64,000 nucleotides of DNA, taken from the NCBI GenBank assembly GCA_036172245.1, contig JAYWIR010000015.1, positions 2,046,001 through 2,110,000 on the forward strand, in the 5' to 3' direction. Origin of the DNA: Raillietiella orientalis (Eukaryota). A program made the position numbers and the translations under genes. Below the pieces are notes generated by a model. That model saw only the letters and a program-made list of their open reading frames with translations, did no database searches and was not told the origin of the DNA. Positions within the stretch are counted from its first letter, which is position 1, and every line of letters starts with the position of its first letter. Shown in pieces: positions 38,809 through 51,650 of this stretch.

Positions 38809-39660
38809 CTGCCTCGTAAATTCGGATTCATGAAAATAAGATAAAAAAAAGTCCTCGCAGGTTTCCCTTTTGTTTGTTTGTTTGTTTGTTTGTTTTTGTC
38901 TTTGTTTTTTTTTTTTTTTCCTGGGGGGGGGGAGGGGAGAGAAGGGGGGGGGGATTTTCTTTTCTATTTCTTTTTTGGGTCTGTTTGTTTGTTTGTTTCT
39001 GTTTCGCACTTCACTAACGGCGTATGCACCACTGACTTTCGGCGGGATGGGTGGGGAGGAAGCACTGGGAAGTCTTCTCGGACATTGCCGGCTACTCGGT
39101 CAAGGCGTGCGGATCAGACGGCTCCGGAAACCACGACGCCGCAGCTGCACGTAACTCTGACCTCCGCGTTCCCCGTGGCCCGCTGAGATACTCCCTTGAT
39201 ATCATACAGGTGAGTACTGCACGCTGCCATTCGACGACCCGCACGCGTGCTCTCCGACACCGCTTTAAAGCCATCCCGTGGCTGTGGGCCAACATGCGCA
39301 ATCGGGCGTGTGCACTCACTCGCTCGCGCCGCGAGTTACGCTCGGCTTCTCTTTTCGAGAAAATCCTCGCGCGGGCTCCGGCCAACCACTTGAGATGGGG
39401 GCACCACCGCGACATCTGGTCGCGAGATACGCGCGCGCGTCTCCGGCCGCGCTTTCTTGAGGGGAAAAACACGCACGCACGCACCAACACAAACACACGC
39501 ACACGCACGCACGCACAGAGAGAGAGGGAGCGAGCGAACCGGATGGCGGCGGCTGCTGCCCCGGGTGCCTTCCGCAGGAAGAACGAGAAGAGGCTGCAGC
39601 CCGCGCGAAAGAAACTGCCGCCGCTCGAGCGTGTGTTTGTGTGTGTGTATGTGTGTGTCC
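38809..39660 (-). promoter_or_regulatory. Candidate leader exon and promoter of the minus-strand gene
   Basis: TE-poor, CpG-rich region. Inr-like TCAGT on minus (39035-39031) followed by an A/AAAC-rich leader, a GAGA tract near 39517-39527, GCCAT motifs and a GTGT tract near 39630-39658. The TSS position is a guess. Confidence 0.35.
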
Positions 39661-40381
39661 CAGTGCTGGAGACCACCGACCCACCCTCCTCCCGAGAGGG
39701 TTTCGTGGACGCGTGCATCCTCCTGGGATGAAACGCCCCCCGTGACGTTCCGAGGAAGAACGTTCGTCCCCCCCCCCCTCCATCGAAGCGTAAGATAATG
39801 TGAATGTGGTGTTTCCTCGTGTGAATTCATTGGACACACATTCCGAAAGCGATAAGATAAATCGTCCCCAGGTTTTAAATGTTTATCCTGCCCTAATAAA
39901 ACCAGATTCCCAGATAACGAAAATCACAACCGCACTGCCGCGACTGCAGCTGGAAGAATCGGTTTATAAGAATCTATTTATAAGCCGCGTATGGAAAAAA
40001 TAAAAATAAAATACTGATTATAAATCACCAGAGGAAAGCCAGCAGTTTTTCGATGATGGGGGTAATGAGCCCCACGGATGGGAAGCAGCAGCCCCTGCTG
40101 GGAGCACCGGTCGAAAGGGAGAGACAACGTGTCTTCTTCCCCAGGGATCGAGGCGCCGAAACCGAAAGGACTGGATGAGGAGCGGAGCCGATGGCTGGAG
40201 AATAGGGGTGCTCACCTGCCCACGGCTGCAACAGTCGCACTTGCTTCCAAGCCTTGCATCCTTTGGGTACCTCTCCTGAAAGCGTAACGAAAGGGAACAA
40301 GGAGAAAAAAAAGCATCTCGTATACTTCGAAATGCACGAACATACATTTAAAAGTCACCCCCATCTCCCGTTCCGACGACT

Positions 40382-40405
40382 TCTCTCTCTCTCTCTCTCT
40401 CTCTC
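40382..40405. repeat. (TC)12 microsatellite
   Basis: Seen directly. Confidence 0.95.
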
Positions 40406-41149
40406 CCTCCCCCCCCTCTCTTTTTAGTTTTATTGCGTGTTTACAAGCCGAAAGTGCACATTGGTGCTTTTGCTGGATATTTGTTGTGTCGAAAATCATC
40501 TCAGATTTTTTTTTTGTTTTCGAAGAGACTTCTAGCGAACGCGGAGGCCCCAGATCACATGTATGCAAAAATCTTTCGCCAGCCTTCCGGATCAAGAGTA
40601 AAAAAAAAAAAAAAAAATGTTACAGATCTCCCTCTCTTTTTTTTTTGTTTTTGTTTTTTCCGGCATCATATTTTAGGCAGAGCATTTCGTGATGGCACTA
40701 CCGTAAAACATCCTGCTATTGAGGCTATCCTGCTATTTGTTGCTATTGGAATTATGGTCACCATGGAAACCTGTAAACAGGAGGTAAGAGGAATCGGCTA
40801 CTGGATTCAGTTCCAAATTCAAAAAAGGGAGTCTACATGGGACACACATTCCTAGAGAAATTCTTTTGGAGCGATGCCTTCTGTCGCTGGGGATAGTCCA
40901 TTAATTGACTTTTTTTTTTTTTTTTTCCAAATGATCTTCGGATCATCACTGAAGCACGTGACAGAAATTTGAATTGCATTTCGCCTGACAGATAACTCTT
41001 GTTCTCTGGAATTTTCAGCGGATGAAATGACAAACAAGATCCCTTGGATTGCTCCGAAATTCCTTGAACGCTCCTTTCTTTTCCTTTCTTTTTTTTTTCC
41101 TGCAAAAGTGGAAATCTGAAGATTGTTGGGTTTGCTACTGCTCAAACAG

Positions 41150-42130
41150 TGGGCTCAAAGATCATAGAAAGTTTGCCCCCCCCCCTCGAGGCAAGTGTTG
41201 TTCTTCCTGTGAACGCCTCTTGTCCAACAAACGCGTTTTCGTTGCTGCTGTTCTTCCTCTTTCGCTTTTTCCCCGACCTGAGATGATGAGACGATGTCTG
41301 CAGATAATGAAACTGCTCATCCAGGAAAGGTGTGCTCAGACGAAACAGAGAGTGACACCGAGGGCAGTGAGCTTCGAGGAGACAGAACTGGCGCCAAAAC
41401 TTGAACCCGAATCACTCGATGCCAGGAGATCTCTCAGACACACTTTTGGCGAAAAGCGAGGGAAACTCGACGCGGAATGGGAAACACACAATTTCAAGAA
41501 TGCGCCTCCGACGTATCTAGGAGACCACCTCTTGCAACGAAGAATAGCGCGTGTACCAAAGCGTGTACGGATGCGAACAAGACCTGGGGGCTTCTCACAC
41601 GTGCGGCAAGAGCCCTCTCGGAACCCATTAGGTCGAACCACACGGTGAAGATCTTAGGGGTAGGTCTTAAAGGAAATCATAATCAATTCAGCGATGCAGA
41701 AGTCTCGAGTGTGAATCCAAAGTGACATTCCGTCCGGTCACGGGCGTGCAAAATGGACGATCATTTCGTCGATTTTTTCAAGTCCTTTTTTCGAGGCAGG
41801 AGACCAATGGGATGGATGATAAACTTTCAGGTGCTCCGAGAGAAATGCTCCTCCTCTTACGTGGCACAGGACAAGTGTGCGAAGGAACCTGGAAGTTTCC
41901 AGAACTGCAGCTCCTGTTGCTTCGGGGCTATCCTTGGGAAGTCACTGCAGATCAAGGAAGATGAATCAGACACCGGAACCGAACGCTCTTGAAGGGGGAA
42001 GCGAAAGGTGATGCATGCTTGGTTGATGACGACGCCCACTCTCGTCATCTGTTGGAAAGATTCGGCAACCACCTCTCCGAAGGATGGAAGACGGAATGAC
42101 GACTGCTTTCGCTAATGTGCACGTCTCCAG
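41150..42130 (+). mobile_element. Decayed LINE pieces (RTE-like C-terminus, then an RT-core fragment)
   Basis: EMMRRCLQI...RRSLRHTFG (RTE-like RR+L.I...RRL.W.GH), VQNGRSFRRFFQVLFSRQ (V.NG..S..F.+..G+RQG), CLVDD (YADD-like). Confidence 0.35.
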
Positions 42131-43358
42131 GCGTCGCTGTCGGCCGGATTTTCATTGAAGAGAATTGATGGCCCAGCAAATGATGGGAGCACACAGACCG
42201 CATAGTGTACCAATCCTTATTTTAGGCCTTCCCTCGTTCGTCATCCCATCCTTTTCCTCTCTACTGTTTTTTCCACTCCCATCTGATGATCTGTGATTTA
42301 TTCGTTCTCCTGTACCATTCGGCACCCTTCTGGCTGAAACTTTTAATGTTCACAAAGAGCTCCAGATCCGGAAAATTCTCGAGCGTTCCTGCAAATGATG
42401 TTTCCTGATGCTCTCGCAGATCAAAATGCAAAGTGATGTAATGCTGATCCGACCGTCCGTATGGCGAAACCAAATCATCTGCATTTTTGTTAACCGGAAA
42501 ATCGTTTTCAGAATGGGTCCCGAAGGATTGATTTCACTCGATGTGTTCTTCTCTCTCTGCCAACGTCATGCGAAGAGCTTCGAGCGTTTCTCTGCACACA
42601 TTTTACCTTCCACCGTCTGTTTTTATGTGGGTGGGTTCGGATTTCTGTCCGTTTTCCTCAGAGTGGGACATCCTTCTCCCTTACGAAGAAGGATACGAGT
42701 ATTAGACAGAGATCTGGTACTCGTACCGTCCAATCTCCTAGAAGCTGTGGTTTATTCTAAAGTCCATTCTTTGGTAAATTATCCTTTCTTGAAACGAACT
42801 CTGCAATCGCTTTCGGAATGAACAGAGGTCACTATTTTTCATTTCATTCATCCATTCATGTTTTGTTTTGTTTTCGCTTCTTTCATTTAAGGGATTTTCG
42901 AAACTTTCGTCTGACTCAAGATTGTCTGATTCAGCGGATGATACCGAATTCATGAATTTCGTGGAAACTCTTTGATCGTGAGCGAGCATTCTAGGCGTGT
43001 GTTCCATTCCACCACCAAGTCCTGGGAATTGGTCCCTCGAAGCATCACTTGGATGGCAGAATTCTGGAGAGGAAGGCTGATGGCGAATCTGAGGGGACTT
43101 CGGACGTTGTATTCCAGCAAGAGTTTTTCTGGAGGTGGTTCCCAGGCAAAGCGGAAATGGAGCTCACCCCAAACATGCACCGGACGCCCTCACTAATGAA
43201 TCTCCCCTTTCATAAAAGTTTTGATTTCTGGAGGAAAAAGGGAATGTCTTCTTGCTAAGAAGCTGCCTAGCTGGAGGAACCTGTATATCATTTATTTGTT
43301 GTGTTGTTGCTGCTCCGTTATTAAGAATCGATAGCAAGTGATTTCCGGCAGAATATGC

Positions 43359-43383
43359 AAAAAAAAAAAAAAAAAAAAAAAAA
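43359..43383. repeat. A25 homopolymer, one of many long A/T runs
   Basis: Seen directly. Confidence 0.95.
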
Positions 43384-45399
43384 TGATTGCACATCCGAGA
43401 ATCATCCTGCATGCTCAGTTTCGAATGACACCATCTCTCGAAATTGTCGGGGGTGTACCCCACGTTCCGTTTCTCCCTTCGAACGACGCTCGTCTTGGGG
43501 ATGCACCCCAAGTTGGCAAGATGGGTTTCGAATCGAATCTGCTCGGGTGTGCCTGGATTTGTTCATCTTCTGTGCCGAGCACGTGGGTAAGAGTTGGGTT
43601 CACCACAGCCGCCGGCTTCCAGCCCCATTCACACCACGCGGGGAATCGAACCATCACTATTTGCTATTTCCTCTTTCTCCCGTTTCTATTTTTCTTTGCC
43701 TCTGTTAAAGTTCACTTGCCCTGCCTATTTGTCACGCGGAACATGGAATGTGTGTGTGTGTGTGTGTTTTCAAATGTAATTAATGGTTCTTCGGTTTTGC
43801 TGGTTCCGAAGCAACTCGTGAGGAATGGATAAACGGGAAATGAGCTGGAGCGTCGACGCTTCCGTTTATTATCAGAGCAAAGTTATTTCTGATATGCAGA
43901 TCTCTAAAAATAAATAAATAAAAAAAAATGTACGATTGTATCCTTGTAGGTATACAGAAGTGGAAAAGTCGCACACTCACATATGCGAAGAAATGCTACG
44001 CATCCACGAAGGAATATATGCGCCTGCGTATTTCTTATCTATTATTGTATTATGTTCCCTGTTTTATCACATGTACTGTACCATGCAGACATGATTCCAT
44101 CGCAGTGTTCGTGTAGCTGTTCATCAAGCTTACGGGAAGCAAGGTGTGTGAGGACGCATGGAACAGAAAATTGCTGAAATTCATTTCGAGTCCGTTGCAA
44201 GGGTTTGCCTTTTTCCTTTCAGAAACGCGCAGTCCTCTAAGAGCCTCTCTTCTCTACTAATCGCCTTACTTTGGAGCACCTCGAACCACTGTTCAGGTTT
44301 GGATGTTTGGATCTGCTCCACTCCTTGGCCCTGGAAGTCCCGTTGCCCTTTGCAGGGCAGCGATGTTTTTGCTCATTGCAACGACTGTCCCCCTAAGTGC
44401 ATTCGACCCCCAAGTTCTTCCCTCTGTTTCGTTCGGATGTCTTAGCGGTCCTCAGCACCGGTTAGGATTCAACTTCTATAAATATACACTCTTTTTTTTT
44501 CTCTCTCTCTTCCGTTTGAGAGAGCTGTGGCATGTCTTGGGCTGCAAGCTAAGAGCCCAAACTGCACAGATCGGCCGGGCAGTTGCACGATATGGATGGA
44601 GGTTCGCTCTTGCCGTGTGATCCAGAAAGGATCCACGGATGGAAGAGGGAACTCTGGGTTCGGTCATGCAACGTGTCGTTTGGGACTGAATCCGAACCCT
44701 GGGGTTCCCCCTATTTTGCCGATCCCATCGCGATCATCGCGGTTGGCTGGTATTCCGAATCTCCCTCTTAGGAACAGAAATCCCCTCCCAAAAGAGCTAC
44801 CCCAAGCGCTCGTTGTCGCCAAGTTGTCGCCGTGGCACCCGGCTCTGCTTCCGCACACCGTTCCATGGGGACGGGCATGCCATTGGGATCAACAGGCGAG
44901 CCGTACAGAAAAACGAAGCAGACTCATGCACGTGTGTACACACGCGCGCTCGTTTCGCTCCCTTCGTAGGATAGGAATGTTAACGTATATTCGCTGCAAT
45001 ACAAACGCTACAAACCAACGTTTTCCAAGTTGTTAAAAAAAAAATTCATTTTGCTATTCAATTTAAATGACTACTATTCATTATTTATTAATACTCTATA
45101 CACTGAGGGTACTCTACGAATCAGGACACATTCTTTTCTGTGGTGGCAAGCACACTGTACTTATTATATTTCATATCAGGTATCAGACATATCAGGTATC
45201 AATCTTTCTAATTAATGTTTAGTTGGCATTGAGTCTTTCAGCTGAATAAAGTATCTTGATAGCTATTTTTCGTGGAATTTCTTTTTTTTTTTTTCTTTTT
45301 CATAACTGAGAATGCGCGAACTGAATACAGAATAAAAATTTTCCTGCATTCTCATCTTCATCGAACAACCAATTAAAGTTGGCATGCTGATGTGAAAAA

Positions 45400-47750
45400 T
45401 GGGAAGATTGGGAACGTTGCTAGGTAGCCTTGAAAACGTGCGCAAAGAGCGTGAGATGGCCGGGGATGTGCGTTTCCTCCCGAGGAGGCAGTTCCTGTCT
45501 TCATGATCTACAGGGTGCCTGAGAGGATCAGGAAGCCAAGGAGAGTCCCTTCAGGATCCGGCTATTGAACGGGAAGGTTTGCGTGAGTCGCCTGGCTGCA
45601 GCTCCGCAAAATCCCTATTCTCCCCTTCCCCCCCGAATTGCACGAACCCCCCCGAATCCGTTTCGTTTCCCATCCTGGTAAGAGCTCGAGCAATCAGCGT
45701 GACAAATCGAATGAATAACCGAGGTGTTTAAGAATGCTGTTAACGTTATTTAGCATGTCGGGCTTGGCCTGCTGCCCAGACATCAGGCGATTGCGAGTGC
45801 TGGTCGGGAGGGATCCCTGCGATGACCGCAGTGCGTTCCTCCGAGGAGCAGGGTGGGGGCATTCGTATAGAACGGCGAGCAGCCGCAGTTCCTCCTGCAA
45901 AGAAATAAAGCAGAAAGGATCGCCGAGAGCAGATTCCAAAAGAGATTATCCCGGTCGCCTTGTGATTTCTAGCAGGAAGGATCAAACCCTTCTTGGGTGA
46001 GGAAGCTGCCTCGCTTTGCCGCCCTCGGTTCCCTTTTCGTTAGGCGTTCCTGATTTGCATCGGAGATGCAAGCGACCCTGAAAGGTACGCATCCCTAGTT
46101 CCCAGAATGAGAAGGAGGGATCCACTGGCGGGAGGTGGGGGGAAAGGAAGCATCCCTGCTGTGGCCTCCCCCATAAGCTGCTGATCCGAAGAGGGGCAGC
46201 GTCGCTTGTCCGTGGCCTGCCCTCATCGCTGCGGATCGCACGTCGCGGGCTGTCTGGAGCTCTTGACAACGCACGAGCGCACAGGAAGCCAAGGAGAGAC
46301 GTGGAAAGAAGTATCGCTTGGAGCTCGTAAACTTCACTGCAATGAGGGAAATCAACAAAGAAGGCGGGAACAGTTCTTGTTGCACGATCAGCCCTTTCCT
46401 TGACAATCGAAGTAAAAATGGGGTATTCCAATGCTGCCATAGCGACGGCTGAGGAGTCACCGTTGCAGCAGACACTGCGACGGTCCGCGGCAGCACGGGC
46501 ATGCGGCTGGATGCTAAGAAAGGGCTGCGGGTCCGATGGGAAGTCTCGGAAATGTATTTAGATCGGGGAATCGCCTGGATCCGTGGGGTCGGTACCAAAA
46601 ATTGCCGTTACTAAACCACAACTCTGTTATGCAACAGGAAAGACAAAGAAACATCTCCATGCCTAAACACGAATTAAATATGTAAATGTCCAGATGCTCA
46701 GAAAGATAAGTAGTCCCCGCCATGGAGGAGAGATAAGCGATCCTCTCGGTGATTGCTCAAAAGGATGGAAAAGAAGTCGGACAACTAACAGTTCCTCAAC
46801 AACACGGAGTGCTCCTTTCGCTGTTTCCGCGTACGTATTGTTTTCTCGGAATGCTGCCTTCCCTCGAAAGTCCCGAACGAGCGCTGCTAGAAGCACCCCC
46901 GATGTCTTGTTGTCGAAAAAAACGGCAGCAGGTACAAAAAGGGGAAACTGCTGCGAAGGATTGCTGAGTTTCTGGATCTCTTTCCGGTTTGCCAAGCTCT
47001 CAAGAAGAGCTGTTTCGCCCCGAACGGACATCAGTGCATCTCGACGACGACGCCACCTCGTGTTTCGCAAGGCTCTTCCGCTGTCGCGTACCCGGGATGC
47101 GCGCGCCAAGCAGGCAGTATGGGATCTCTAAGTGCTCACTACTCCCGAATGCTAGTCAACGGGGCGCAGACGCGAGCGCAGCCTACCGATGCGCACCCGA
47201 AGCCTAGAGCTGTCCGCCGCGTCATCTCGCGGGGAAGTTCGGAACCCGCAGCGCCCAACCAACTGAGCGTGCACACTTACGGGGAATCTGCTGGTAGGTG
47301 CCTCGCGCGGACTACGAAGTGAAGCAGCTGGTGCGCGCGATGAGCACAGCAACATCTTCAGGAACATTTCGAAGGGTGCTCGCGCAAAAATCGCATCTTC
47401 TTGGAACCACTTTGTCCGCAGGCGGAGGAAGGAAGCAGGAGGCACGGAGGTGCCTCCCGAGTGGGGCGATTCCGAAACTTCCTGTAGCGCCGGCAGCAGA
47501 AGATGCCGCAAGGGTTGCTCAGACCGTCGCGTGACGGGCCGGAAGCATTTGCGTCGGAGATGTGCGCGGGACCAGCGACGAGCAAGGCAGGACTGGCTCG
47601 CAAGGACGCGACCTCGAGTCGCATCTGGGAGCAGCGGGAGGACCCGCGTCCCTCGGATCCTGACTGCAAGACAGATCAGCGTGCATCCTCGGCTAGCGAG
47701 ACTTGGGGTGGTGGCCGGCAAACCGGGCGCTGAGACCCCCGTCAGGTGGC
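45400..47750 (+). mobile_element. Decayed L1/Tx1-like ORF2 spanning EN, linker and RT
   Basis: In order: NPYSP (N+YAP), VLVGRD (++GGD), ISSRKDQTLL (SR+D), WKEVSLGARK, VHLDD (LD..KAFD), LPSGAIPKLPVAPAAEDA (LP.G...K+.AYADD). Confidence 0.55.
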
Positions 47751-48049
47751 ATCGACTCTGACCCGCGCCTCGGCGAAACGAGCAGCAGCGAGGCGGTCCA
47801 TGAAGATCTCGCCTTGGCTGAGCGGCAGCACCGGAGAAGACAGAGACGGAGGTTTCGACCGAAGTCTCCGGCTCGCAACAGCTTGAAATCCTTGATGCCG
47901 AAGAATCCGGAAGGGACGGTGAGGGGACACTGTCCCCTCTCCGAAAAAGGGGCGTTGGGATGAGAAGGGGGAGCAAAGCGGATCCCTAGAAAGTGCCCGG
48001 TCCGTCTCTGGAGCGCTCCAGCCGGCACTTTTTCGCGCGAGGGTGAGGG

Positions 48050-48600
48050 AGAGGAGAAGGCCAGGAATGTGCTCCGACGCAGCCCAGATGATCGCAGAAT
48101 AGAAGCTGCCCATCCCGCTGCCAGTTGCTCAAAGAGGGAGCAGACACACCTGAGTTTCTTCGGGCAGGAAGAGGAGAGAGGGCTTGGTAACCGGTGGAAT
48201 AAAAGACTGCCGGGTCCGCGGAGGCGGAGGTGGACGAGTGGACCGATGGAATCTGGGGATGTCTCCAAGTCCCTCGAGCGTTTCCTTTCGGGAATGGAGG
48301 GGACCTGCCAGGGAAGAGCGGGCGCTCATGCAGCAAGCCGAGGAGGGGAAGGAAAGGAGCGGACGCGGAGGGATCTCGAACGAGCAGATCGGGGAAGCCC
48401 CTGAAGCGCCCTTGCGAGGAGGGGAGAGAGGGATCTGGAAAGCTGTCGGAGGCGCGGAGGTTCCCTTCCCCAGGAACAGAGGCCGGTGCCCCTTCCTTTC
48501 GCGCATGTCCTCGGGAGGTCCTCTCCGCTTCGGGAAGGCGCGTCCGACGGGAGACCGCTTGAAACCAGGAACTGGGCTATCGGAGCAAGGACGGGACGCT
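48050..48600 (+). mobile_element. Decayed LINE linker / RT start
   Basis: REQTHLSFFGQEE (E..++FF) and EAPLRGGERGIWKAV (API..EE+..A+). Confidence 0.35.
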
Positions 48601-49299
48601 CTGGCTGGCGGCAGCATCCGCTCTGCTCCCCTTCCGCTTACGCGGGGTGGATTGCAGAAGCAGCAAGGCGCAGCTGAGTGGCCGAGGGTGGGCAGGGCCA
48701 GCTGCGCCTCGCTCATGGAACCCTACTCGGCGAGCGGTCCTCCGCGAAAAGTTGGCGCTCCCTCCTCCGCCCTCCCCGAGAGAGGCAGAGGGAGGACCGA
48801 GCCGCGCGAAGCATCAACAAATACCTTGACCGACTTTCCCTCTCAAGCTGTCGCAGCAGAATTGACCTCCTCGTCCCGGAGTTCGAGACTGACATGTCGT
48901 TGTCCCGGACCCATAGAGAGGGCCCGCGTATGGAACAGAACTGCGGAGAAGGAGGAGGAGGGGGAAGGAAGAGAATAGAGTGACAACAAATGAGTAAATA
49001 AATGGGATAAGCTATGGGCTGGCTTCACGGTGCTCACTTGATTCCCAGGGTCCTGCCTCGGGCAGGACAGGGACGGAATAGGAAGGATAAGGCGCACTCA
49101 GCAGTTTCGGGTCAGTCTGCCCACAAGCTCTCGAAGGCTCTCTCGCGTCCCGCATCCCGGATTGGTCCGTTTCGTCGCCCTCTGCAGTCAGACAATGGCC
49201 ATCGCAAACAGCTCTCTGGTGTGACAGCTTCCTCCCTCATTTTGGCAGCTGCCGTCTCCCGCAGGTGGCGGAGCACCGTCAGTCGACGAGGAGACTGGC

Positions 49300-50100
49300 A
49301 AGCTTGAAGGCGTTGACATCTCTCTTAGGAAGTCTTCGAGACGGCACCTTGGAACAGAAGTGCCTCAGCGATGCGCTCCCATCCTTGATGCATCCCCCTG
49401 CCTTCCAGTAGCACGCGCGGGAGAGTCCCCACCGTCCTGCAAGGGGGGGAGGGGGGCATTCCTTGATCACTCCCCCCGCTGATGCGTGGTGGCGTTCCTC
49501 GATTTGGAGGAGCGCCGACTGCAGCAGAAAGCGCCGACCGCTGGAACCAAAGAGGGAAGACGAAGACGTCGACCAGGAAGCACCAAGCTCTCCCAGGGAG
49601 TCCACGGAGATTTTGTCCATCTCTGGGGACCGCGAGCTGGAGCTTTCAGAGCAGCCTTGTGCTCCAGGCGAGCGACCTTCTTCTGGCCAACGGATTTCAT
49701 GGCCCTTGCAGGTCACCCCCCATGCTGCAGGAGCATCCTCGTCCTCTCAATCCCAACGATTGAAGTGCAATGGACACATAACATCCTCAGTGGTCACACG
49801 AAGTCTGGAAATGGACCAACATTGGCCAGCATCCCTAGAGTAAGGAGTCTCCCCAGACGGCTGATGGCGCTGCGGGTAGAGCGTTCCTCCCACATCTACG
49901 TTCCTAGTGATTGCGGACTCCAGGCGTTCCTGCTCGGAACCCGTGTTCCTCCACCAGCACCTCAGTGAAGCCAGGCAGGTAACCCAGACCTCGCCCTCGC
50001 CACGGTTGCCTGGCAGAATGGATGCTTGTTGGTTTCCGGCATTCTTCAGCAGAATGCACAAAGGCGAGTGTTCCATAGCCTCTCCGCGAGGACCAACCGC
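49300..50100 (-). mobile_element. Decayed LINE post-RT fragment
   Basis: VIKECPPPPLAGRWGL resembles V....+..P...GG+GL. Confidence 0.35.
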
Positions 50101-50199
50101 CTGAATGATGCTCGCATCTGCATTTGTTTAGAACGAGTCCAGATCTCCCTCTTGTCGTGGAGGATCTGGAGAAGGCCTGCAGGGTTTACCGCATCAGCC

Positions 50200-51650
50200 T
50201 AATGCGGTCTCCGGGATACACAAAAAAAGGGACCGGAAAAGAGAAGCGAGAAAACCACCAGTGACCGGGGAAAGTGCGGGCCCACCTCGGAGCGGGTCGA
50301 TTTGGGGGGAAAAAATACAAGACCGAAGCATCGCGTTGCTCAGGGACCGACTGCCCTCCGTGCTTTCCAAGGAAGCAGCAGTGTTGGGTGACCAACTGCG
50401 CGCCTGGATAGGAAGAAGCCGAGAGGAACCCTGGTGCCACCATCATGCGTGCACCGTGACGGCGGATCTCAGACCCGCGAGAACCGCCACGTGCGCGCGT
50501 GGAAGGCTCATCGAACCATCTGGCAGCTAGCTGGTTCCCTCTAGAGTCTCTGCCTGCCTTCCTCCCTCCTTCTCCCCCTCATCGTCAGCTGCCATTGATG
50601 TCCAGTACGGTAACCAGCAGCCACCACTCCCATTGCCTCAGGATAGCTGCCGCTCCTGTAGGGAGAGGGAAGGAGGAGTTTCACCTTGCGGCGAGGCAAA
50701 CGATTCCAGAGGTCCGAGGGAAGAATGACCTCGACCCATTCTCGGACCTTCAACGGGTGAGCAGTCCGCCTTGCTCGAGCACTGGCTCCGCCGCGATCCC
50801 TGAGTCACAGAGGGGTGGACGAAGCGCCACCGAGCTGGTGGCATCCGGTGAGTGGCACTGGTTGCCATGGGCAGCAGCAGTTCGGCAGAGCAACCGCCAC
50901 GAAAGGTGGAATGCGCCAGAGAGTGCGCCGCCGCACAGCGACTCGCCTGCCTAAGCGGCCGGCCCTGTACGGTGCCCCGTCGCCGGAGCGCTTCCTGCCC
51001 CCGGAGTGGCCCTGTTAGGAGGGCCGCAGGTTTCTCAGATCGCGGTAAAGACGTCTGGAGCGCGGACCTCGGTGGTAGCAGCAAACGGTCGGGCGAGGTC
51101 CCGAGGTATGATGTGAAAGAGGGGTCCCTACGAACAGCCTCCGAGCGTGGTCCAGTAGACTGTGAATCTCCCCCAAATCAAAATGCTCTTACTCAAAGAA
51201 TACTGATGTGCTCTTAGTCAGTCCAAGGGGATGCAACTCAAGCAACAACCAGCGAGGGTAAGGTTCAGGGTCTGGAGTCAGTTCAAGAAAGAATTCCTGG
51301 CTGTATTCCTGTCAGAACGCTTGAGGCGAAGGCGGACGCCAAGCCAGCTGAGGGAGAGATCGCAACCTCACAAAGCCCTTCGCTTCCGGAGATGCGACGA
51401 AATGACGGTGCTGACTTGCCAGTAACGTGTCCGTGACTATCATGTAGAGAGACGAGCAAACTAACTAAGGCCTCTTGCGCCGGCTACCACGCAAAGATTG
51501 AGTCGAGATTATGGACCGGGAGTCTCCCAACCCATAGGTGGTGAGCGGACGGTGGCCAGAGATTAGAGAAAACTTGGACGGAAATCGGAGATAACTGCAG
51601 GAAGGATGAGATTCTTCCTTCGAAACAGACACGCTCGCTGATGCTATTTT
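50200..51650 (+). mobile_element. Decayed L1/Tx1-like RT
   Basis: KIQDRSIALLRDRLPSVLSKEAAVLGDQLRAWIGRS matches KI+...L..RL..VL...+...Q.+++.GR; later PFSDLQRV (F.+.RG+). Confidence 0.5.
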
